64,000 nt of DNA from Actinomycetes bacterium (GTDB taxonomy: Bacteria; Actinomycetota; Actinomycetes; S36-B12): positions 280,654 through 344,653 of the forward strand of contig OZ245718.1 of NCBI GenBank assembly GCA_965227045.1, written 5' to 3'. Of this stretch, positions 21,901 through 32,336 are shown piece after piece. A program made the position numbers and the translations under genes. A model generated the notes under the pieces. The model saw only the letters and a list, made by a program, of their open reading frames with translations. It did not search any database and had not been told where the DNA came from. Positions within the stretch are counted from its first letter, which is position 1. Each line of letters opens with the position of its first letter.

Positions 21901-23356
21901 GAGGGCGCAGTTCGGCGAACTCGTCGGACGGGTAGCGCCCGGACAGCATGTCGAGCACCGACTCGAACACGGCCGGCGTCAGTGTCGTGAACGACGCCGA
22001 ACGACGGCACAGGTCGAGCAGGTCCGCGACCTGCCAGTCGTCCATCGATACCGCCGCGACGATCTGCTGGGCAAGCACGTCGAGGGGATTGCGCGGGATG
22101 CGGATGTCCTCGATGAGCCCGCGACGCATGCGCTGCACCACCACCGCGGACGTGACGAGGTCGCCTCGGTACTTCGGGAAGACGATGCCCCGGCTGACCG
22201 CCCCGACCTGGTGGCCGGCGCGACCGACGCGCTGCAGTCCGCTCGCCACGCTCGGTGGCGTCTCGACCTGGACGACGAGGTCGATGGCGCCCATGTCGAT
22301 GCCGAGCTCGAGGCTGCTCGTGGCGACCACCGCGGGAAGCCGGCCGGCCTTGAGGTCCTCCTCGATCAGCGAGCGCTGCTCCTTGCTCACCGAACCGTGG
22401 TGGGCGCGCGCGATCGGACCGATGGCGGGCAGGCCCGCAAGGCTCCTGCGCTCGGCCGAGATCTCGTTCACCTGCGCGGTGATCCGCTCGGCGAGGCGAC
22501 GCGAGTTGGCGAAGACCAGGGTCGTGCGGTGCTGCTCGATGAGATCGACGAGCTGCTCGTCGATGTGCGGCCAGATCGAGGTGTGCGCGGCGGGGCCTTC
22601 GATGCCGGCCTCCACCGCGAGGTCGGCCATGTCCTCGACCGGCACCCGGATCTGCAGGTCCCAGGTCTTCTCGCTCGCCGGTGCGACGACGGTGGCCGGT
22701 TTGTCCGCGCGGATGAACCTGGCCACTTCCTGGATGGGGCTGACCGTGGCGGACAGGCCGATGCGCTGCGCGGGACGGTCCAGCAGCATGTCGAGGCGGT
22801 CGAGTGACAGCGCCAGGTGCACTCCGCGCTTGGTGCCGGCGACCGCGTGGACCTCGTCGATGATCACGGTGTCGACGCCCTGCAGGGACTCGCGGGCCTT
22901 CGACGTCAGCAGCAGGAACAAGGACTCGGGGGTGGTGATGAGGATGTCGGGCGGGCGGGTGGCAAGCCGGGCGCGCTCGGCCGGTGGGGTGTCGCCCGTG
23001 CGGATCCCGATGCGGATGTCGTTGGTCTCCAGTCCCAGCCGACCGGCTTCGCGCTCGATGCCGACGAGCGGGCTGCGCAGGTTCCGCTCGACGTCCACCG
23101 CGAGCGCCTTCAGCGGGGAGACGTACAGGACGCGGCAGCGGCGGTGCCGCTCGACGGGCGGGGGCTCGATGATCAGCCGGTCGATCGCATGCAGGAACGC
23201 GGCGAGGGTCTTCCCGCTGCCCGTGGGGGCCACGACCAGCGTGTCGTCGCCCCGCGCGATGGCCTCCCAGGCGCCGAGCTGGGCGGGTGTCGCCGTCTCG
23301 AACGCGCCCGCGAACCACTGGCGCGTGGCGTCGGAGAGAAGTTCAGGCCCGGGCAT
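18914..23356 (-). CDS. lhr: ATP-dependent helicase Lhr
   Basis: 1480 aa with an N-terminal DEAD/DEAH core ([12 protein letters not shown]) and the long Lhr-type C-terminal extension. Confidence 0.9.
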   Translation of the reverse strand: MPGPELLSDATRQWFAGAFETATPAQLGAWEAIARGDDTLVVAPTGSGKTLAAFLHAIDRLIIEPPPVERHRRCRVLYVSPLKALAVDVERNLRSPLVGIEREAGRLGLETNDIRIGIRTGDTPPAERARLATRPPDILITTPESLFLLLTSKARESLQGVDTVIIDEVHAVAGTKRGVHLALSLDRLDMLLDRPAQRIGLSATVSPIQEVARFIRADKPATVVAPASEKTWDLQIRVPVEDMADLAVEAGIEGPAAHTSIWPHIDEQLVDLIEQHRTTLVFANSRRLAERITAQVNEISAERRSLAGLPAIGPIARAHHGSVSKEQRSLIEEDLKAGRLPAVVATSSLELGIDMGAIDLVVQVETPPSVASGLQRVGRAGHQVGAVSRGIVFPKYRGDLVTSAVVVQRMRRGLIEDIRIPRNPLDVLAQQIVAAVSMDDWQVADLLDLCRRSASFTTLTPAVFESVLDMLSGRYPSDEFAELRPRLVWDRTTDLLTGRPGAQRLAVTSGGTIPDRGLFAVYLVGATRTEGARIGELDEEMVYESRTGDVIALGASSWRIEEITHDRVLVTPAPGAPGRLPFWKGDALGRPAALGEAVGAFVRGLSTSRDPDAFVATMDLDERAATNLVAYIAEQRESTHQVPTDTTIVVERFRDELGDWRVIVHSPFGARVHAPWALALGARIRESVGLDAHVMHSDDGIVLRLPDTEDEAAAQSVADLIRIEPEEIEALVTAHVGGSALFAARFRECAARALLLPRRRPGQRSPLWQQRQRSSHLLEVASGYASFPIILETIRECLQDVYDVPALRDLLTSLRDGRVRVHEVFTEHPSPFAQSLLFGYVASFLYEGDSPLAERRAEALTLDTRLLAELLGTPELRDLLDVDAIDEVESELQRMAEAYRARDVEGAADLLRLLGPLSDDAAAARGVDAAWLASLREGRRAILVRIAGEPRTAAIEDAGRLRDALGVALPVGIPEAHLAPVTDPLGDLVGRFGRTHGPFTREAVTEALGLAPAVVDEVLQRLVDAGRLVRGEFRPGGSHTEYCDPEVLRRVRRRSIAHLRQEIEPVPPERFAAFLTRWQKVPSDGSRASRRGVDGCYEVIEQLAGVSLPASTWLNGVFSARVDDFHPGMLDELTTSGDVVWWGESSLAGGDGVVGLAPADRADLLRPTPTVDDFGPTENAVIEALAGGGAYFFRDVSDRVAAAIGITGDADVIEALWTLVWAGHVTNDSWAALRARAGGGRAPRPPTRGRRGRLSMPSRSGPPAAAGRWSLLSPRPAVPAERARAIGDALLDRYGIVTRGSVVAEHIDGGFAGVYRVLSAFEDAGRCRRTYAVDGLGAAQFALPVAVDQLRARTDGDPEVVVMAATDPANAYGAALAWPPGEGHRPARKAGAVIVLVDGLPAIYVERGGKSVLAWPVGDQALVVAAAALARSGPRMGFGRAPITRVNGSDLAQHPEVAHALGEAGFLSTPRGVRLPRTTA

Positions 23357-23391
23357 GTCGATGATTGTGCTGGATGGGGCAGACTGCCGCC

Positions 23392-23583
23392 GTGCGGCTA
23401 ACAGACTTCTGGGAGCGGATGGACGAGGTCTTCGGGCCCGCCTACTCCCGATCGTGGGCGCACGACATGGTCCTGCCGCAATTGGGGCTGACGGCCGACC
23501 AGGCGATCGCCGCCGGTATCGACACCAAGGACATCTGGCGCGCGGTCTGCGCCTTCACCGAGGTGCCCGGGATCCTGCGTTGA
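23392..23583 (+). CDS. DUF3046 domain protein
   Basis: VRLTDFWERMDEVFG... is the small protein typically found upstream of actinobacterial recA. Confidence 0.75.
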   Translation: MRLTDFWERMDEVFGPAYSRSWAHDMVLPQLGLTADQAIAAGIDTKDIWRAVCAFTEVPGILR

Positions 23584-24281
23584 GCGGCGAGCCCCTGCAG
23601 TTCGTCACGGTCGTCACGTATGGGCGTACCGGGAGCACCGTGCTGCAGGCCGCGCTCAACTCGCTGCCCGGAGTCGTCGTGCGCGGGGAGAACTACTCCG
23701 CGCTGCGCGGCCTCAATGCGTACGTCCAGGCGATCGCGGAGACCGCGGATCGCCATCACGCGGGCAAGCCGACTCATCCGTGGTTCGGCTCCGCACGCTT
23801 GAGCCCTGCGGACGTCGTCGTGGACCTGCGTCGGCACGTCGTCGAGACCCTGCTGCGCCCGCGTTCTGACACGTCGTGGGTGGGCTTCAAGGAGGTCCGA
23901 TACGAACCGGGCCATTTCCCGACGTACGACGACCTCCTCAACTACCTGCTGTTCCTCGACAAGCTGCTGCCGGGCATCCGCTACGTCGTCAATGTGCGCG
24001 ATCCGCGGGAGGCGGCGAAGAGCGGCTGGTGGCCGGGCAACGAGAACGCCGTCGACGTGCTCACGACGACCAGGTCGTGGCTCGAGGACGCCACAGCGGA
24101 CCTGACAAGGATCCTTGGATCGCACCGAGCCGCCCTCATCGACTACGACGCGTGGGCATCGGATCCGCAGGTGCTCATCGATGCGCTCGCGGACCTTGGC
24201 CTGCCCGCCGACGACGCCGCGGTTCGCGCAGCCGTGGGGGAGCGGCTCGAGCACGGCCCGCACGCGTCTGAGCCGACATGA
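23580..24281 (+). CDS. sulfotransferase family protein
   Basis: TYGRTGST PAPS-binding loop near the N-terminus. TTG 23580 overlaps the DUF3046 stop. C-terminal part of track ORF 21948..24281. Confidence 0.6.
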   Translation: MSGEPLQFVTVVTYGRTGSTVLQAALNSLPGVVVRGENYSALRGLNAYVQAIAETADRHHAGKPTHPWFGSARLSPADVVVDLRRHVVETLLRPRSDTSWVGFKEVRYEPGHFPTYDDLLNYLLFLDKLLPGIRYVVNVRDPREAAKSGWWPGNENAVDVLTTTRSWLEDATADLTRILGSHRAALIDYDAWASDPQVLIDALADLGLPADDAAVRAAVGERLEHGPHASEPT

Positions 24282-25564
24282 CCACCGCCGAGCAGGACGC
24301 GGCGCACGCGGGCCGGGTCGTGTCGGCGGCCCAGATCCAGCTCAACACCGTCCGGGTGCTGTCCGCATCGCAGGTGTTCGGCGGGGTCGCCGTCGCCGGG
24401 TCGGTCGCCGCCGGCTCGCTGATTGCCGCATCGCTGGCCGACAGCGAGGCGGCCGCGGGCCTCGCGCAGACGGCCGGGGTCCTCGGCGCAGCCGTCCTGG
24501 CCCTCCCGCTGGCGCGGATCGCGCTCAGCAGGGGCAGGCGCGCGGCCTTGTCCACGGGATACGGGCTGGCGGCCGCGGGAGCAGTGATCGTCGTCATCGC
24601 GGCGGTGAGTCGGAACCTGCTTCTGGTGTATCTGGGCTGCTTCTTCGTCGGGGTCGCGTCGGCTGCCGGTTATCAGGCGCGCTACGCCGCGACCGACCTC
24701 GCTCAAGAGCAGCATCGTGCGCGTGCGCTGTCCTGGGTCGTGTGGGCAGGCACGATCGGGTCGGTCCTCGGGCCGAACCTCCTCAACGCCTCAGGGCAAC
24801 TGGCAATGTCCCTGGGTCTCCCGCAGCTCTCCGGCCCGTACGTTGTGGCCGCTGGGTGCCTAGTCGTCGCCTCTCTCATCCTCATCGCCTTCCTGCGGCC
24901 CGATCCCTACCTCACGGCCATCGCCCATCGTGAGGCCGGCGGGGACGTGAGGGCGCGGCCACGGCTGCGAGACGGGATTGAGCACCTGCGCGGGCGCGCG
25001 CGAGCGATCCTCGGCATCGCCATCATTTCCATCGGCCACGTCGTCATGGTCATGGTCATGGTCATGACACCCGTCCACATGGCCCACGTCGACGTGACTC
25101 TTCAGCTCATCGGCCTGGTCATCAGCGTCCACGTCGCGGGCATGTTCGCGTTCTCGCCGATCGTCGGCTGGGCGGTCGACAGGTTCGGACGCATACCCAT
25201 AGCCGTCGTCGGCATCGTGGTCCTCATCGTGGCCTGCGTCGTCTCCGGTCTCGCGCCCGCCGACAACGTCCTCATGCTGGGCATCGGGCTTTTCCTGCTG
25301 GGCCTGGGCTGGTCCTGCACGCTCATTTCCGGGTCGACGATCGTCACCGACGAGGTCGAACCAGCCGAGCGGCCGGCGGTCCAGGGCCTGTCGGACCTGT
25401 CCATGAATGCGGCCGGAGCCCTCGGCGGAGTCGTCGCCGGACTCGTCGTCCTGGTGGGTTCTTATGGGCTGCTCTGCGCCGTCGCGATCGTCCCGCTGGC
25501 CGGTCTGGCGGTGGCCGTGGCAATACCGGCGTGTCGCGTGCATTCGAACACCCGTTCGATATAG
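24278..25564 (+). CDS. MFS transporter
   Basis: 428 aa with about 12 TM helices. ATGA overlap with the sulfotransferase. Confidence 0.8.
   Translation: MTTAEQDAAHAGRVVSAAQIQLNTVRVLSASQVFGGVAVAGSVAAGSLIAASLADSEAAAGLAQTAGVLGAAVLALPLARIALSRGRRAALSTGYGLAAAGAVIVVIAAVSRNLLLVYLGCFFVGVASAAGYQARYAATDLAQEQHRARALSWVVWAGTIGSVLGPNLLNASGQLAMSLGLPQLSGPYVVAAGCLVVASLILIAFLRPDPYLTAIAHREAGGDVRARPRLRDGIEHLRGRARAILGIAIISIGHVVMVMVMVMTPVHMAHVDVTLQLIGLVISVHVAGMFAFSPIVGWAVDRFGRIPIAVVGIVVLIVACVVSGLAPADNVLMLGIGLFLLGLGWSCTLISGSTIVTDEVEPAERPAVQGLSDLSMNAAGALGGVVAGLVVLVGSYGLLCAVAIVPLAGLAVAVAIPACRVHSNTRSI
25544..25559. promoter_or_regulatory. LexA SOS box upstream of recA
   Basis: TCGAACACCCGTTCGA is a perfect actinobacterial TCGAAC-N4-GTTCGA box, identical to the one at 50021..50036. 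Confidence 0.85.
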
Positions 25565-25624
25565 ATTCTGGCTCACGACCTCGACACGTCCGCCGAACAC
25601 AGGCGGACGTCACCCGGGATCGAG

Positions 25625-25646
25625 TGTCAGACAAGCCGCATAGGTT
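25625..25646 (+). promoter_or_regulatory. RecA-NDp (PafBC-dependent) promoter motif
   Basis: TGTCAGAC-N8-TAGGTT fits tTGTCRgtg-N8-TAnnnT, 40 nt before the recA ATG. Confidence 0.6.
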
Positions 25647-25685
25647 TCCCGCCGTACCCCGATCACCGCGAATCAAGGAGACATC

Positions 25686-26747
25686 ATGGCCAGCGCCGCC
25701 AACGACCGCGAGAAGGCTCTTGACGCCGCGCTCGCCCAGATCGAGCGACAGTTCGGCAAGGGATCGATCATGCGACTTGGCGAGGAGGGCCGGATCCCGA
25801 TCGAGGTGATCCCCACCGGCTCGATCGCCCTCGACATCGCGCTCGGCATCGGCGGACTGCCCCGCGGACGCATCGTGGAGATCTACGGCCCGGAGTCCTC
25901 GGGCAAGACCACGCTTGCGCTGCACGCCATCGCCAGCGTCCAGGCGGCCGGCGGACTCGCGGCCTTCATCGACGCCGAGCACGCGCTCGACCCCGACTAC
26001 GCCTCGAAGCTGGGCATCGACCTCGACAGCCTCTACGTCTCGCAGCCCGACACGGGTGAGCAGGCGCTGGAGATCTGCGACACCCTGGTCCGCTCCGGTG
26101 CCATCGACCTGGTCGTCATCGACTCCGTCGCCGCGCTCGTGCCCCGCGCCGAGATCGAGGGCGAGATGGGCGACAGTCACGTCGGCCTCCAGGCCCGCCT
26201 CATGAGCCAGGCCCTGCGCAAGATGGCCGGCGCCCTGAGCAACACCAACACGACCTGTATCTTCATCAACCAGCTGCGCGAGAAGATCGGCGTGATGTTC
26301 GGCTCGCCGGAGACCACCACAGGTGGCAAGGCACTGAAGTTCTACGCCTCCGTCCGCCTCGACGTCCGCCGCATCGAGACGCTCAAGGGCGGCACCGAGG
26401 CCGTCGGCAACCGCACCCGCGTCAAGGTCGTCAAGAACAAGGTGGCCCCGCCGTTCAAGCAGGCCGAGTTCGACATCCTCTACGGCGAGGGCATCTCCCG
26501 CGAAGGCTCGCTCATCGATATCGGCGTCGACGCGGGCATCGTCCGCAAGTCCGGCGCCTGGTACACCTACGAGGGCGACCAGCTGGGTCAGGGCAAGGAG
26601 AATGCCCGCACCTTCCTCAAGGACAACCCCGATCTGTCCAACGAGATCGAGAAGCGGATCAAGGAAGCCCTGGGGATCGGCCCACAGGTCGACGCTCCTG
26701 CCGACGCGGTCCCGTCGATTGACGCTCCCGCGCCGATCGACGTCTAG
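25686..26747 (+). CDS. recA: recombinase RecA
   Basis: GPESSGKTT Walker A and full-length RecA sequence. Confidence 0.97.
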   Translation: MASAANDREKALDAALAQIERQFGKGSIMRLGEEGRIPIEVIPTGSIALDIALGIGGLPRGRIVEIYGPESSGKTTLALHAIASVQAAGGLAAFIDAEHALDPDYASKLGIDLDSLYVSQPDTGEQALEICDTLVRSGAIDLVVIDSVAALVPRAEIEGEMGDSHVGLQARLMSQALRKMAGALSNTNTTCIFINQLREKIGVMFGSPETTTGGKALKFYASVRLDVRRIETLKGGTEAVGNRTRVKVVKNKVAPPFKQAEFDILYGEGISREGSLIDIGVDAGIVRKSGAWYTYEGDQLGQGKENARTFLKDNPDLSNEIEKRIKEALGIGPQVDAPADAVPSIDAPAPIDV

Positions 26748-26755
26748 CTGCCCGC

Positions 26756-27310
26756 ATGCGTGACTCGCGCCCGAAGCCCGGGTCCGCTGCCGCATTAGCG
26801 GCGCAGGAGAACCCCGAGGAGTCGGCGCGGGCCACGGTGCTGCGGCGACTGGCGTCGGCACCGCGCACGCGCAAGGACCTCGCCGACGACCTGTCGCGGC
26901 GGGGGATCCCCGAGGAGATCATCGACAAGGTGCTCGACCGCTTCACTGAGGTCGGGCTGATCGACGATGCCGAGTACGCCCGACTATGGGTGGGCAGCCG
27001 CCACCGGTCCAAGGGCACGACGCGGTCGTCACTGAAGTACGAGCTGCGGGCGAAGGGCATCACCGACCAGGACGCTTTCGACGCGCTAGACGAGATCGAC
27101 GACGACACCGAGCGAGCCAGGGGAGTTGCCCTGGTCCGCAGCAAGATGTCGTCCACGTCCCGACTCGAGCCCACCGCTCGGGTCCGTCGGCTGGTCACCT
27201 TGCTTCTCCGTCGGGGCTATCGCCACGGTGAGGCGGCCTCGATCGTCGCCGAGGTCCTGGGTGCTGAAGCAGTCGAGGCCGACACCCTTGCGGGCATCGA
27301 CCTCGACTGA
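26756..27310 (+). CDS. recX: recombination regulator RecX
   Basis: Position after recA and RecX-like helical repeats (DDAEYARLWV). Confidence 0.88.
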   Translation: MRDSRPKPGSAAALAAQENPEESARATVLRRLASAPRTRKDLADDLSRRGIPEEIIDKVLDRFTEVGLIDDAEYARLWVGSRHRSKGTTRSSLKYELRAKGITDQDAFDALDEIDDDTERARGVALVRSKMSSTSRLEPTARVRRLVTLLLRRGYRHGEAASIVAEVLGAEAVEADTLAGIDLD

Positions 27311-27325
27311 GTGACCTGCCTCCGT

Positions 27326-29773
27326 CTAGGCGCGGACGACCGGTTCCTCGATATCGGCGATCTCGTCGTACCCGGCGTCCTCCTCGGACTCCACGCTCAA
27401 GTGCGGCAGGATCTTGTCGAGCCAGCCCGGCAGCCACCAGGTGTTGGGGCCGATCACGGCCATCAGCGCGGGCACGAGAACCAGGCGCACGACGAATGCG
27501 TCGAGGAGCACCGCTGACGACAGCGCCACCGCGAACAGCTTCGTGGTCGGATCGTTGCCGAGCGCAAAGGCGGCGAACACGCTGGTCATGATGAGGGCCG
27601 CGATCGCCACCACCCGTCCGGAGCCCGCCAGGCCGCGCCTGATCGCTCGATGGTGGTCCTTGCTGTGGTCCCATTCCTCGTGCATGCGACTGACGAGGAA
27701 GACCTGGTAGTCGCAGGAGAGGCCGAACAAGATGGCAAACACCATGATCGGCAGGAACGGGAAGATCGGCCCGGTGTTCTGCAGCCCAAGAGGACCGGCG
27801 AGCCATCCCCACTGGAAGACGGCGACCGTGATGCCAAGGGCCGCTCCGAGCGACAGCAGGCTGAACAGCACGCCCATGAGCGGCACGATGATCGACCTGA
27901 AGAGGAATAGCAGCGCGATGAACCCGAGTCCGACCACGATCAGCAGGAACAGTGGAAGGGCATCAGTGAGGACCGTGGTGAAGTCCGCGGTGACCGCCTG
28001 GAACCCGCCGACGAACGCTGTCGCCCCAGTTCCCGCAAGAGCCTGCGGGATGACCGACTCCCGCAAATGGAACAGCAGGTCCGTGGTCGCCTGGTCCTGA
28101 GGTGCGGTGTTCGGGATGACCTGGACGACTCCTACCGGAGCGCCAGCGGCGACCGGGGCCGCCGCTGCGAGCGCGACTCCCGGGTCAGCGCTGAGCGCCG
28201 TCGTCAGGGCGTCGACGGCAGCCTGCCCGCCCTCGGCCGGCAACTTGACCGCGATGAACATCGGGCCGTTGACGCCGGGTCCGAAGCCCTCGGCGGTGAG
28301 GTCGTACGCGATGCGAGCAGTGCTGCCCTGCGGGGCGCCCGAGTCGTCAGGGAAGCCCTGACGAAGCTGGGTGACAGGTGCAGCAATGAGGATCATCACG
28401 ACGAGGGCACCGATGGCGAGGGGCCACGGGTGCTTCTGGAGCCACTCGCCGTAGCGAGCGAACGCACTCGGGGTATGCGCATCGGGCGCCTTGCCGCGGT
28501 GGACGAGCCTGCGCCACAGCCAACCGATCACCGTCACGGGCAGGACGAGGATCCAGCCGATCCACCGGAAGACCACGGCGATGCCGTGCAGTACTCCCTT
28601 GGCCTTCTGGCGGGGAATTGCCTCGGCGTTGGTGACCCAGGCCATGCGTCCGACGAAGGCCCACGTGCCGAGCAGCGCCAGGATTGACGGCAGCAGAAGC
28701 AGGGCGCCGAGCGCGACCATCACCACGGTACCGGCGGCGGCGAGGGCAACGCCGTTGAAGAAGGAGATGCCCATGATGAAAAGGCCGAGCAGGGCGATGA
28801 TCACCGTGAGGGCCGCGAACTGCACCGCCCGTCCCGACGTGCGAACCGCCTCGAGGGCGGCCTCGCGCGGCTCGCGGCCATGGATCAAGGCCTCTCGATA
28901 CCTGTTGATGATGAACAGCGAGTAGTCGATGCCGACGCCTAGTCCGATCATCGACGAGAGGAACGGCGCGAAGGCAGCGACGGAGAAGAAGTTCGCAATG
29001 ATCGGCACGACGACCGCGGTGCTGATGCCAACGGAGATGGCGGCTGTCCACACGGGCAGGAACGCTCCGAGTACCGACGCGAACGCGAACATCAAGATGG
29101 TCAACGCGACGAGGATGCCGATTCCCTCAGATGAGGGCGGGTCGCCCTGGACGTAGGTGAAGACGCCATTCGCGCCGACGGTTACTCCGTCGGTGCCGTT
29201 AACTGCCTTGACGACGTTCAGCGCTGCGGCGATCTGCTCGGTGGGAAGGTCGCTTTGGCTCTCGCCGGCGAACTGCACGGTGGCGTAGGCGATCGTGCCG
29301 TCGGGGCTCACGCCTGCCTGGCCGAAGTGCGACATCGGGCCGAGCGCCTCGGGCGGCAGCGCTGCGAGCGCGGCAGCCTGCGCTGCGGGGTCGCCGGTCG
29401 GGGCCTGGGCCGGTGCGCACGCCGATCCGATCGGCTCGCCGAGGGGGGAGATGACGCATGTGACACCGGGGAGGCCGGAGATCTCGGTGAGGGCCGCGCT
29501 GATGTCCGCTGCGGCCGCGCCCTCGGTGGCCTTGCCGCTCTCGGCACGCCACACGACCTGACCGTCGAGCCCCGATCCCGTTCCTGCGCCGCCGCCGGAG
29601 ATCTCCTTCAGCAGATCCTGCGCCGTCGTTGACTCGGAAGCGGGCAGGCCGAAGTCATCGTTGAAGTCACCCTTGAACTGCGTGAGCAGCACGATGAGGA
29701 TGCCGATGATCGCGAACCACGACACCAATCCAAAGATCGGATGGCGTACAGCCCACTGAGAGATTCTCGTCAT
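27326..29773 (-). CDS. MMPL family transporter
   Basis: 815 aa with two 6-TM bundles and two periplasmic loops, typical of RND-like MMPL proteins. Confidence 0.85.
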   Translation of the reverse strand: MTRISQWAVRHPIFGLVSWFAIIGILIVLLTQFKGDFNDDFGLPASESTTAQDLLKEISGGGAGTGSGLDGQVVWRAESGKATEGAAAADISAALTEISGLPGVTCVISPLGEPIGSACAPAQAPTGDPAAQAAALAALPPEALGPMSHFGQAGVSPDGTIAYATVQFAGESQSDLPTEQIAAALNVVKAVNGTDGVTVGANGVFTYVQGDPPSSEGIGILVALTILMFAFASVLGAFLPVWTAAISVGISTAVVVPIIANFFSVAAFAPFLSSMIGLGVGIDYSLFIINRYREALIHGREPREAALEAVRTSGRAVQFAALTVIIALLGLFIMGISFFNGVALAAAGTVVMVALGALLLLPSILALLGTWAFVGRMAWVTNAEAIPRQKAKGVLHGIAVVFRWIGWILVLPVTVIGWLWRRLVHRGKAPDAHTPSAFARYGEWLQKHPWPLAIGALVVMILIAAPVTQLRQGFPDDSGAPQGSTARIAYDLTAEGFGPGVNGPMFIAVKLPAEGGQAAVDALTTALSADPGVALAAAAPVAAGAPVGVVQVIPNTAPQDQATTDLLFHLRESVIPQALAGTGATAFVGGFQAVTADFTTVLTDALPLFLLIVVGLGFIALLFLFRSIIVPLMGVLFSLLSLGAALGITVAVFQWGWLAGPLGLQNTGPIFPFLPIMVFAILFGLSCDYQVFLVSRMHEEWDHSKDHHRAIRRGLAGSGRVVAIAALIMTSVFAAFALGNDPTTKLFAVALSSAVLLDAFVVRLVLVPALMAVIGPNTWWLPGWLDKILPHLSVESEEDAGYDEIADIEEPVVRA

Positions 29774-29974
29774 TGCAACTCCTCATTCCCGGCGTGATCT
29801 TGCGTGCGGAGACTACCAGCGGACGGCGACGTCCCAAACGACCTGAAACGGCGCCTGCAAAGTGCTGAAACGCTGTTCCCGATCGGAGGAACCCTTGCAG
29901 CGCAAGCACACCGTCGCATCGGGGAGCGACCCTGAGATTCCCCTGATGTTCACGCGATCACCTCTCGGGGTTAC

Positions 29975-31600
29975 ATGGCCGCGTTGCGGCGCGCGAGCCA
30001 ATACGTTGTGGCCGTGAGCATCCCCTCGCCTGCCGACCGCCCCGCGCGCAGCCAGCTCGTTCTGCTGGCCCTCGTGACCGGCGCCATCGTCGCCAACATC
30101 AACCTCAGCGTCGCCAACGTGGCGCTCCCGACGATCGGGACCGACCTCGGGGCTACTCAGGACCAGCTGGCGACGATCGGTGACGCCTTCGCCCTGGGGC
30201 TCGCGTCGACGGTGCTGTACCTCGGCTCGATCGGTGATCGGTACGGGCGCAAGCTGCTGTTCGTCCTTGGCTGCCTGCTCACCATCCCCACGTCGATGCT
30301 CGCGGCATGGTCAACGTCGCCGCAGATGCTGACCGTCGCGCGATTCCTGTGCGGGTTCGCCGCCGCACTCCTGTTCCCGACGACCCTGTCGCTCATCGCG
30401 GCCCTGTTCCGGGGGAATGCACGCGTTCGCGCCATCGCCCTGTGGTCGGGCCTCGGCGGGGGAGTCGCGGCGCTCGGCCCGGTCATCGGCGGGTGGCTAT
30501 TGCAGTACTTCTGGTGGGGATCGGTCTTTCTCATTGCCATTCCCCTCGACATCGTCGCGCTTCTCATCGGGCTGTGGGTCCTGCCCTGGAAGGCATTCGA
30601 GGAGAGGTTCCGCGTCGACCATCTCGGGGGAGTGCTGTCGATCATCGGCGTGGCCGGCCTGGTGCTGACCATTGAGAAGGCAGACGCCGGAATCGACGCG
30701 CAGTGGCTGGCGATCCTGGCCATAGGAGCAGTCGCGCTCATCGCGTTCGTCTGGCGGCAGACGAAGGCCCCACGCCCGCTCGTATCGCTGCCACTGGCGA
30801 AGGCCCGCACGTTCTGGGTCGCCTTCGTCGCGGGCGGCATCACCTTCGGCTCGCTCATCGGCGCGATGTTCATCGGCCAGCAGTTCACCCAGAACGTCCT
30901 GGGCTACACCGCGCTCGCCGCCGCCGCCGTCGTGCTTCCCGCGGCGATCGGCACCGCGATCTTCGGGCAGGTGGCGGGCCGGCTCATCCCGGCATTCGGC
31001 TCGCAGTTCGCCTTCATGCTCGGACTCGGCGCGGTCGCCGCGGCCTTCACGGTCATGCTCGTCACGTGGACGGACAACGTGTCCATGGGCTGGGTGCTCG
31101 GCGCGTACGCCCTGGTCGGCATCGGGGTCGGCCTCGCCGCTACGCCGGCCTCGCGTTCGCTGATGTCGTCTGTGCCGCCGGTCCGAGCCGGCATGGGCTC
31201 AGCCTTCCTGGACCTCACGCGTGACCTCGGCGGCGCGATAATCCAGGCGATCATGGGCGGGCTGCTCGCTGCGGCGTACGCCAGCAAGATCGCTGCCGAC
31301 CTCGCCGGCCTCCCGCCCGATCAGGCGTCGCAGATCAGCACCGATGCGGCCCAGCAGATGACCGCATCGTTCGAGGGAGCTGCCGAGGTCGCCCAGTCGT
31401 ACCCGGCGTCCGCCCAGGCGCAGATCATCTCGGCGGCGTCCGAGGCCTTCATCGATGGCAAGTCGCTGGCCATCGGCGTCGCGCTGCTGCTTACTCTTCT
31501 CGGCATGGTGCTGGTCTTCTTCGTCTACCCGCGCCGCGACAAGGAGGAGGCGTACTACGCCTCCGTGCAGGAAGCCACACCGACGGTTGGAGCCGCATGA
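29975..31600 (+). CDS. MFS transporter, DHA2 (EmrB/QacA) type
   Basis: 541 aa with about 14 TM helices. Start uncertain (ATG 29975 or GTG 30009/30015). Confidence 0.8.
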   Translation: MAALRRASQYVVAVSIPSPADRPARSQLVLLALVTGAIVANINLSVANVALPTIGTDLGATQDQLATIGDAFALGLASTVLYLGSIGDRYGRKLLFVLGCLLTIPTSMLAAWSTSPQMLTVARFLCGFAAALLFPTTLSLIAALFRGNARVRAIALWSGLGGGVAALGPVIGGWLLQYFWWGSVFLIAIPLDIVALLIGLWVLPWKAFEERFRVDHLGGVLSIIGVAGLVLTIEKADAGIDAQWLAILAIGAVALIAFVWRQTKAPRPLVSLPLAKARTFWVAFVAGGITFGSLIGAMFIGQQFTQNVLGYTALAAAAVVLPAAIGTAIFGQVAGRLIPAFGSQFAFMLGLGAVAAAFTVMLVTWTDNVSMGWVLGAYALVGIGVGLAATPASRSLMSSVPPVRAGMGSAFLDLTRDLGGAIIQAIMGGLLAAAYASKIAADLAGLPPDQASQISTDAAQQMTASFEGAAEVAQSYPASAQAQIISAASEAFIDGKSLAIGVALLLTLLGMVLVFFVYPRRDKEEAYYASVQEATPTVGAA

Positions 31601-31869
31601 AGCGCACGATCCTGGTCATCGTCGCGGGAGTTCTCGCACTCAGTGCCTGCAGCAGCACGAGCACTCCCGATCCCAAGGCCTCGATTCTCGACGGCGTGCG
31701 TGCCGCGGCGATCATGAGCGGGCTGACCGAGGAGCAGGCCACCTGCATCGTCGACGGTCTCGGTGACCTGAGCATCGAGCAGTTGAAGGCGATCGGAGCC
31801 GACACGGCCGACGCAGCGACACAGCAGGCCTACACCCTCGTAGCCGCCCAGTGCTTGATCGCGAAGTAG
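31597..31869 (+). CDS. small lipoprotein (paralogue 1)
   Basis: Lipobox LALSAC. ATGA overlap with the MFS gene. Confidence 0.65.
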   Translation: MKRTILVIVAGVLALSACSSTSTPDPKASILDGVRAAAIMSGLTEEQATCIVDGLGDLSIEQLKAIGADTADAATQQAYTLVAAQCLIAK

Positions 31870-31930
31870 GGAAACACCGCTCGTGTAGCCTCGACACCTC
31901 CCACCAATCCATGATCCAACTGGAGTTGTC

Positions 31931-32314
31931 ATGAAGCGCACCGCCGCCATCTTCGCCAGCGTCGCCTTGACGCTCACCCTCGCCGCATGCGGCAGTAGCA
32001 GCAGCAGTGACACCAGCTCGAGCGTCGCGCCGGTCGAGAGCTCGGCTCCGGCCGCGAGCACGGCACCCAGCGCTGAGTCGAGCGAGCTCGTCGAGACGCC
32101 CGACCGCCAGACGCTCATTGACGAGCTGCGTGCCGACGGCGAGGCGTCCGGCGCCACAGCAGAGCAGATCGACTGCGTCATCAACGCGATCGAGTCCCTC
32201 GACGCCGGCGAGCTCCAGACGATCAAGGACGGCACGCCTTCGGCGGAGACGCAGGAAGTCATGACCGCGGCCTCGACGCAGTGCCTGCCAGCCCCGTCGC
32301 CCGCCGCCAGCTAA
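31931..32314 (+). CDS. small lipoprotein (paralogue 2)
   Basis: Lipobox LTLAAC. C-terminal two-Cys module is shared with 31597..31869. Confidence 0.65.
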   Translation: MKRTAAIFASVALTLTLAACGSSSSSDTSSSVAPVESSAPAASTAPSAESSELVETPDRQTLIDELRADGEASGATAEQIDCVINAIESLDAGELQTIKDGTPSAETQEVMTAASTQCLPAPSPAAS

Positions 32315-32336
32315 GACCGCACCGAAACGCGCGAAC

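Noticed and set aside
23350-23392. TGTCGATG at the lhr/DUF3046 divergent junction as a second RecA-NDp promoter.
   Set aside because: The upstream half fits TGTCRGTG with one mismatch. The hexamer 8 nt downstream is GGATGG, not TAnnnT, and no alternative spacing rescues it.
29774-29974. AT-richer 200-nt divergent region between the MMPL and DHA2 genes, with a ctgcaaag...cttgcag stem, considered as a riboswitch or TetR operator.
   Set aside because: No match to any riboswitch consensus I know, no adjacent TetR or MarR regulator, and the stem is only 7 bp. It is most simply two back-to-back promoters.
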